A DNA stretch of 64,000 nt, taken from NCBI GenBank assembly GCA_026936335.1, contig JAPMXV010000063.1, positions 62,001-126,000 on the forward strand, in the 5' to 3' direction. Each line of letters begins with the position of its first letter. Positions within the stretch are counted from its first letter, which is position 1. Position numbers and translations under genes: made by a program. The DNA comes from Mantamonas sphyraenae STR306. Lineage: Eukaryota; Protista; CRuMs. This document shows, piece after piece, positions 57,443 through 64,000 of this stretch. Under the pieces are notes generated by a model, which searched no databases, was not told where the DNA came from, and was given only the letters and a program-made list of their open reading frames with translations.

Positions 57443-58810
57443 ATGTCTTCCGACTTTGACGTGGACGCCGAAATCATGGCGGTGCTGAAGCAAAAAGTGG
57501 CAGACGGCAAGGGCCAGTCCGTGACCAGCAAGGTAGGTGTATTGATGGAGCAGAGGATGGCAGCAGAAGCGGATGCGCGCGTCAGGCCTGGGCGCCCAGG
57601 TTGTCGCACCCGTCAGGGGTTTTTTCCCGCTTTCCCTCTACTTTCCTGATCGCGCTTTTTGCGTTGACGTCTGGCGGGCCGTGCGTGTGAGTGGGCACAC
57701 ATGGCGAGACGGCGAATGCGTGGAAGGGTGATGGAGTGGACGGGTCACGGGGCACTGACATGTACGTGTGGCGGGCGTGTGTGTACCTGTGCACAGGGGG
57801 TGTGGAAAGCGCTGAAGGAGGCGCACGGAGAGAAGGTCAAGCCGTACAAAGCGCAAATCGGCGACCGGGTGGCGGTGCTGTACGCCAAGCACTTTGTAGA
57901 CGAAGAGGATGCGGAAGATGAGGACGAAGAGTCGGGCAGTGTGTCGGACGAGGAGGTGGAGGTGGGATCCAAGCGCAAGGAGATGAGCAAGGGGACCAAG
58001 ACGAAGGGCAAGGCGGCAAAGCGCAGCAAGCCCGCAACAGCAAAGAAGGTGGGCACAGGCCTCACCGAACCCATGCACATGGACGACGCACTGCGCTCGG
58101 TGGTGCAAACGACCAACGATTGGATCACACGCAGCCAGGCGGTGAAGGAGATCTGGGTGTACATCCGCGCAAACAACCTGCAGAACGAAGAGAACAAGCG
58201 CGAGATCATCTGCGACGACAAACTCAAGGCCCTGTTTGACGGCGAGGAGCGCGTGACCATGTTCTCCATGAACAAGTATGTGGGCAAGCATCTTGAGAAG
58301 ATGACGGACGAAAAGGCAAAGGCAGCTGCCGTGGCAGAGCTGCAGCGACTTGAGGATCTGAAACCACAGAAGGAGACGAAGGCCAAGGCAAGCAAGTCGA
58401 GCAAGGGCAAGGGCAAGAAGGGAGAGGGCAAGCCGAAGAAGGTTGGCACGGGTTTGACCGAACCCATGCACATGGACGACGCGCTGCGTTCGGTGGTGCA
58501 GACGACCAACGATTGGATCACACGCAGCCAGGCGGTGAAGGAGATCTGGGTGTACATCCGCGCAAACAACCTGCAGAACGAAGAGAACAAGCGCGAGATC
58601 ATCTGCGACGACAAACTCAAGGCCCTGTTTGACGGCGAGGAGCGTGTGACCATGTTCTCCATGAACAAGTATGTGGGCAAGCATCTTGAGAAGATGACGG
58701 ACGAAAAGGCAAAGGCAGCTGCCGTGTCAGAGCTGCAGGCAGCGGCGGACAAGCTCACCAAGGCCATGGAGGAGACGGTGGAGAGCAGCGACCTGTTTGA
58801 CACCGAGTGA
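57443..58810 (+). CDS. DEK-C plus tandem SWIB/MDM2 protein (UAF30/Spp27-like), 1 intron
   Basis: Two copies of GLTEPM...TRSQAVKEIWVYIRANNLQNEENKREIICDDKLKALF...VTMFSMNKYVGKHL. Confidence 0.88.
58043..58738 (+). repeat. Intragenic direct repeat, about 303-bp units at 58043-58345 and 58436-58738
   Basis: Near-identical nucleotide copies offset by 393 bp, each encoding a SWIB domain. Confidence 0.93.
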
Positions 58811-58900
58811 TGCGTGGTGGTGACAGACGTGCCAGGAGGAGAGATGAAGTGTTCCTTGCAGGTGTCTGCTTGGGGTGGGTGCGAGGAGAAAATACAGTTT

Positions 58901-60519
58901 GGGTGAAAGGAGGAACTGATCAAGCTGTGTGCAGTGGGGGCAATATGTGTGTGTGTGTCCCACCATGTGTGTTCGTGTGAGTGTGTGTGTGTGTGTCATC
59001 CTTGCATCATCATGTCCCTGGATGCGCCTGGCGAACCAACAAGACCAACAACCATGAAGACTGCCTTCATTGCTATTGCTCTGTTTCTGATCCTGTCGCC
59101 TACGAGCGCCATGACCCTGTCCAAGCTGTCCATCCAGGACGAGTCTGCCAAGCAGATCGGCGGTGATGAGAAGCTGTGCCCCGTGTGTGTACGTTTTCGG
59201 CGGCGTCGCGCCCCTCTCTTTTTTTGCCCTTTGGCTTTGCGGTGTTTTGCGAGCGAGTGTGTGCAAGCGAGACACAGAGGGGGTGTGAAAAGGCAGTGCA
59301 TGGGTGGCAGAGACGTGTGTGCAGGGGATGGTGGTGTGTGTGTGCATGTGTGGTGTGTGTGTGGTGTGTGGTGTGTGGGCGTTTGGGGGAAGCCAGAAAA
59401 AAGCGCGTGGATTTCCGCGGCGCTGAGCAACGGCACAAGGGGGAACACAAAGAGGTGTTGGACCCAGATGAGGATGTGTGGAGGATGGCATAGTGTGGAC
59501 AGAGCGTGCATGTGCAGGATGTGTGGGATGATGGAGGGTGCTGGACGTGTTGTGACGGGGCTGTGGGTGTTGGGAGAGGGCGCGAGCTTTTTTCTGCATT
59601 TCCAGGCGACGAAGCACATTGTGGAGGAAAGAGAAGACTGACACGGAAGAGGGACGGACACATGGAATGATGGGGAACCACAGGTGTCCTTCCTGAGCCA
59701 GGCCATTGACCAGCTGCTCAACATCATCCTGAACGCCGGTGTGATCGGCGGCTGCGGCGACCTGTGCAGCAAGCTGCCGCAGAAGATCGAGGCTACCGTG
59801 TGCGACCTGCTGTGCGACTACGTCGGCATCAAGGAGTTCATTGCTCTGATCGAGAAGGCCGACATCGACCCGATCTACATGTGCGAGGAGCTGAAGGTGT
59901 GCCCCATCCTGGATGGCGGTGCTGCCAACATCACCGAGTTTGCCGTGTCGCCCAAGCAGGGCCAGCAGGGCGCCACTTTCGACTTTGCTCTGGAGTTCCA
60001 GGTGACCAAGCCCACGGGAACTGGCGAGATTGCCATCTCTGTGGTGCCGCCTCCCCCCGGCATGCCGTTTGGCGACGCTACCCTGAACGAGGGCCTGAAG
60101 GTGGGCAACTACCGCAGCGGCTTCCAGCTGCAGGCCAAGCCGTCCGAGGACGAGCCTTTCAACCCGGGACAGTACAAGGTGGATGTGGCCATCTGCTACG
60201 GTGAGTGCGGCAGCAAGCACCCGCACAGCGCTGTGCTGAGCACCGCCCAGGCTGTGTTTGAGATCACCCAGTAAGTGCGTTGCGTTTCGGTAGCAGACGA
60301 AGAAACACACGGGCGGGCGCTATGAAGCGGGGCACCTCGTGGATGAGTGCGACGTCGCGTGTGTTTTGGAAGCTGCAACCAACGAAGGAACGAACAAACG
60401 ACGACGGTGAACGACCAAACATCGCAACCCGGCAACACGATGCAGACAAGAAGCTGCAAGCGACGTGGTGGAGTTTGTGTTTGTGAATGAAGCTGCGCGC
60501 ACAGTGTTGCATCGTGTCA
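58901..60519 (+). repeat. Right arm of 1.6-kb inverted segmental duplication
   Basis: Near-identical reverse complement of 49875-51499. Confidence 0.93.
59054..60274 (+). CDS. Secreted countin-like saposin-B protein, copy 2 (1 intron)
   Basis: Predicted protein identical to copy 1. Confidence 0.85.
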
Positions 60520-60660
60520 AGTCACGCGTCCTTGCTCACTTTCCTGCGGACGGGTAGAGACGTCATGCAACCTGCCCCGACGGTCCCCACACACACACAC
60601 ACATACACTTGGGTCACCGGTGTTCCATTGTTGTTTCCATTCATTTCATTCAACCATCAT

Positions 60661-61138
60661 CTACTGCGCGTCCCCCTTCTTCTTCTCGTACTGTTCGGGC
60701 GTCCAGCAGCGCATGGACAACGCATGCAGCTCCTTCATCTCGTCCTCGAGGGCAGCTTGCACCATGCGCTGACGTTGCAACAGTTTGACCCCCTCAAACT
60801 TGTCGCTGACGACGATGACGTTGAACTTTCCGCCGCAGCCTCCCGAGGTGTCCTCCACAGACTGTGCGCACGCAACAACCACACGACGACACAATACACA
60901 ACACACGCTATGGTGTCAGCGATACTCGCAATGGCTTCCTGGGCGCAATGGCATACACACAGAGACTCCTTTGCGTGCACACGAGACGAGGAATCCGCTG
61001 CTGCCAGGTGTATTCCGTCCGCTCTCGCCGCTCTCTCTCTCTCTGTCTTCACTCAAAACGCACCAGGTGGCTGGGTTCAAACGCGGCGGTCAGTTTTTCG
61101 GTCAGCAACGACTCGTCGATGATTCCTGCGTCACTCAT
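60661..61138 (-). CDS. BOLA2: BolA2-like protein (exons 61138-61064 and 60861-60661)
   Basis: MSDAGIIDESLLTEKLTAAFEPSHL|SVEDTSGGCGGKFNVIVVSDKFEGVKLLQRQRMV...LHALSMRCWTPEQ. Confidence 0.88.
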
Positions 61139-63797
61139 CGTTGGGGTGTTTGCGCAGACGCGATCTCGCCAGCGCTTCCACGGCACGGTCGTTGCTCACG
61201 ACGGCAGAAAACTTGGTGGCAAAGTTCTTGAGAACCCGGAGGCTCTCTGGCGTTGGATTGTCCACCAGCACCATGAGTTTGTCCATGGCCTGCTTGCTGA
61301 GGCCCACGTGGGCCATGGGTTTGCCCGCAGGTGCACACAAGGCCTTGAGGAAGGAGGCATACGTGCTGGGCGACGGCTCGATGTCCATGTGATGGATCAT
61401 GTCGTCCATGATGCGGCAGGCAAACGCAATGTTGTGTTCGTTGGCACTCTGCACCAGCAGCGTCTCGAGCATGATTCGGTCTGGAATCACCCCATACTTG
61501 CTCTTGGCCACATCGTAGGTGCGCATGGCCTGCGGCAGTTTGTGCTGGTCCACCAAGTGCAGGATGGCCACGTTGAAATATGCCGCCATGGTGCCTCTGC
61601 TGCCCAGGGTGGGCGACGAGTGCATCCGTTCAATCGTCTCCAGCATGTTGTCAATGTCCCCACGTTTGGCAAAGTAGTTGATGAGCAGGTCAAAGGTGAT
61701 GCTGTTGGGCTGCACGCCGTTGCGTTCCATGTCCCGCAATGCCTTGTGCAGCAAATCCGTGCGTTCCTCGCGCACACACGCGTCCAGGACGCTCGTGTAC
61801 CCGATGTCGTTCATCACCATTCCGTTCAACTTGGCCTCTTCCAACAGTTCAAACGCTTGGTCCACCTGTCCGCCCTTGGCACATGCGTTGATCAACGTGC
61901 CATAGCTCACGTGGTCTGGCCGCTCCAATTGCTCAAACACCTCCCGCGCCCGTTTGTACTCGCCCGACTGGGCGCATACGTTCATGAGCGAGTTGAGAAA
62001 CACGTCGTTTGCCGCCACTCCCTGCCGTTGCATGTCCTCGTAGAAGCCCATCGCCGCCTTGACATCCTCACGCTGCGCACACGCGCTCATCAACGCCACA
62101 TAAGTCGCCACCGTCGGCCTCGGCGCCGGAGCCGTGCCTCCCACCAGCGACGGAGATGATGATGATGACGACGACGATGACGATGATGACGATGACGATG
62201 CGCCACGGTTGCCCTTGGTGCCGCTATTGCGTCGTCTTCGACGTCGACCTCGTGGCCGCGATGCATGCGAGCCCTGAGTCATGCGGTGATAGATCGCGGT
62301 GGCGTCGCGGAGGCGCCCGTGCTTGCCGTACACGTGGATGAGTGAGTTGAGACACACCTCGTTGAGGGCAACGCCCATGCGGGTGGCTTCGTCCATGAGC
62401 GCCTCGGCCTCGTTGATGTCGCCGATCTTTGCGGCGCGTGCGAGGAGCAAGCCAAAGGTGACGACGTCCTTTTGCACGCCGTGCACACGTGTCATGTCCT
62501 GTGCCAAGCGCAGGGCACTGTCAAAGTCGTTGTTGAGCAGGAAGCCGTTGATCATGATGTTGAAGGAAAACTGGTTGGGCTTGAGGCCGAGCATGCGCAG
62601 TTCGTCGAGCAGGGCCATGCCTTCCACCATCCGTTGCGTCTTTGCATACACGTCCAACACCGAGTTGAAACAGATGACGTCGGGTCGCACGCCTTCCACT
62701 TGCATCTGTGTGTACAGATCCAGGGCCTGATCGTACTCACCCATGCGTGCGCACGTGTTGATCATCGCCGTGTACGTCCGTGTGTTGACAGATCGCCCGT
62801 GGCGTGCGGTGGCACTGTGTGGCGACGTGCGCAGTTCCTCAAACAGGTCCCACGCCAGATCCAAGTCGTTGACACGTGCACACAACGAGATGAGAATGGT
62901 GTAGGTGATTTCGTCCACCTCGTCCACCTTGTCCTTCATCGTGGCAAACAACGCCAACGCCTGCTTCTTTGTCTCTTTGATCCGTGCGGCCGTCTCGCCA
63001 CTGTCGCCCGTGTGCGCGTGCCGTTCCAAGTGTTTCAGGCACGCGTTGATGAGCGTCGTGTACGTAAACTGATTCGGCGTCAACTCTGCCTCCCGCATCG
63101 CCTCGTACAGTTGCATCGACCGCTTGAGGTCGCCGCGTTTGGCCAGCCCGTTGATCAACGCCGTGTAGGTGACAATGTTCGGTGTGATGCCTGCTCCCTG
63201 CAGCGTGTGCAACACCTCAAAGGCACGATTCACGTCGCCGCTCCGCACACACGCCGTGATCAGATGGTTGTATGTGGGCAGACGCACCTCCACGCCTGCC
63301 TCTTGCATGTGCGCAAACACGGAAAACGCCCGTTCCAGCTGTTTGTGTCGTCCGCACACTGCAATCAGGGCGTTGTACGCTTCCGGCGACACGTTGACCC
63401 CAGCGTTGCCTGCCTTGGCAAACAACTCAAACGCACGACTCAACTGATTGCGTTTGGTCGCTGCCACAATCAGGTTGGCGTACAACACCTCATCCTTGGT
63501 CTCCTGGGCCACGGAATCGTCGCCAGCTGCCCTTGCGTCACTCTCGTCCACCTCTATCTGCTGTATGCCAGCCTGTGCCGCCATACCACACCGCTGCACA
63601 ATGGCACCATGGATTCCATGTGCTGTGCCACTCACCTGTGCACACGTGCGACTGCCCATGGCCAGGTGCAGCGGGTGCATTTTGAGACGGATTTCCGCGG
63701 CCGTGGTCTGGCTGCGTTCTTGCCACGTGCACAGGCGGCGAGGGTGCGTGACACGTTCCACCTGCGCATGCACACGTCGCACCACCGCCACATGCAC
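61131..63797 (-). CDS. P-type pentatricopeptide-repeat protein, probably mitochondrial; start uncertain
   Basis: About 15 35-aa repeats, e.g. PNIVTYTALINGLAKRGDLKRSMQLYEAMREAELTPNQFTYTTLINAC. Confidence 0.92.
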   Translation of the reverse strand: MHVAVVRRVHAQVERVTHPRRLCTWQERSQTTAAEIRLKMHPLHLAMGSRTCAQVSGTAHGIHGAIVQRCGMAAQAGIQQIEVDESDARAAGDDSVAQETKDEVLYANLIVAATKRNQLSRAFELFAKAGNAGVNVSPEAYNALIAVCGRHKQLERAFSVFAHMQEAGVEVRLPTYNHLITACVRSGDVNRAFEVLHTLQGAGITPNIVTYTALINGLAKRGDLKRSMQLYEAMREAELTPNQFTYTTLINACLKHLERHAHTGDSGETAARIKETKKQALALFATMKDKVDEVDEITYTILISLCARVNDLDLAWDLFEELRTSPHSATARHGRSVNTRTYTAMINTCARMGEYDQALDLYTQMQVEGVRPDVICFNSVLDVYAKTQRMVEGMALLDELRMLGLKPNQFSFNIMINGFLLNNDFDSALRLAQDMTRVHGVQKDVVTFGLLLARAAKIGDINEAEALMDEATRMGVALNEVCLNSLIHVYGKHGRLRDATAIYHRMTQGSHASRPRGRRRRRRNSGTKGNRGASSSSSSSSSSSSSSSPSLVGGTAPAPRPTVATYVALMSACAQREDVKAAMGFYEDMQRQGVAANDVFLNSLMNVCAQSGEYKRAREVFEQLERPDHVSYGTLINACAKGGQVDQAFELLEEAKLNGMVMNDIGYTSVLDACVREERTDLLHKALRDMERNGVQPNSITFDLLINYFAKRGDIDNMLETIERMHSSPTLGSRGTMAAYFNVAILHLVDQHKLPQAMRTYDVAKSKYGVIPDRIMLETLLVQSANEHNIAFACRIMDDMIHHMDIEPSPSTYASFLKALCAPAGKPMAHVGLSKQAMDKLMVLVDNPTPESLRVLKNFATKFSAVVSNDRAVEALARSRLRKHPNDE

Positions 63798-63901
63798 ACA
63801 GGCACGGCGAAGGGTGGAGCGTTTGCGAAGGAGAATGGCTGCTGGTGGCCCGCCGGGCGCTTCCGGGCCAAATCCAACCTCCTCCCATCCAAAACGTACT
63901 C

Positions 63902-64000
63902 ATGGCTTCGGTGGAGGAACTGAAGGACGCGTTGACCGACGCCTTGCAAAGCAAAGGGGTCATGGGCGACATGAAGGCACAAATCCGCGCAGAGATTTAC
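63902..64000 (+). CDS. CEP20: Centrosomal protein FOR20/FOPNL, N-terminus only (runs off window)
   Basis: MASVEELKDALTDALQSKGVMGDMKAQIRAEIY matches the FOP/FOR20 TOF motif. Confidence 0.8.
   Translation, partial: MASVEELKDALTDALQSKGVMGDMKAQIRAEIY

Noticed and set aside
49875-60519. Inverted arms as TIRs of a large (Maverick- or Mutator-like) transposon
   Set aside because: Arms are a spliced host gene, the interior holds housekeeping genes, and no TSD, integrase or polymerase is seen.
1-64000. tRNA or rRNA genes
   Set aside because: None recognised by eye; nearly all sequence is accounted for by coding exons and introns. tRNAscan-SE/Infernal would be needed to exclude small RNAs.

Overview
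Very gene-dense, GC-rich nuclear DNA from a unicellular eukaryote, probably a flagellated protist (CEP20 and ZC2HC1 are present). It holds about 30 genes with short GT-AG introns rich in CA/TG microsatellites and CTGAC branch points; intergenic gaps are often under 100 bp and two same-strand gene pairs overlap. The main discovery is a 5,819-bp DNA transposon (20458-26276) with CAG...CTG ends, imperfect 22-bp TIRs and a TA target-site duplication. It splits an ankyrin-repeat gene whose reading frame is restored exactly when the element is removed. The element encodes one giant (>=1,723 aa) protein with a C-terminal TnpB/Fanzor RuvC plus zinc finger and an N-terminal FEN1/XPG-like PIN nuclease motif set, has no recognisable DDE transposase, and leaves a 143-nt 3' segment where an omegaRNA is expected. 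Other notable items are a histone H2A fused to an N-terminal BRCT-like domain, a 1.6-kb inverted duplication of a countin-like gene flanking five genes, a PHTF/7TMIC-like membrane protein, an FHA-PBZ-macro protein, and three homopolymer frameshifts that are probably assembly errors. All assignments come from motif recognition by eye; no database search was run.
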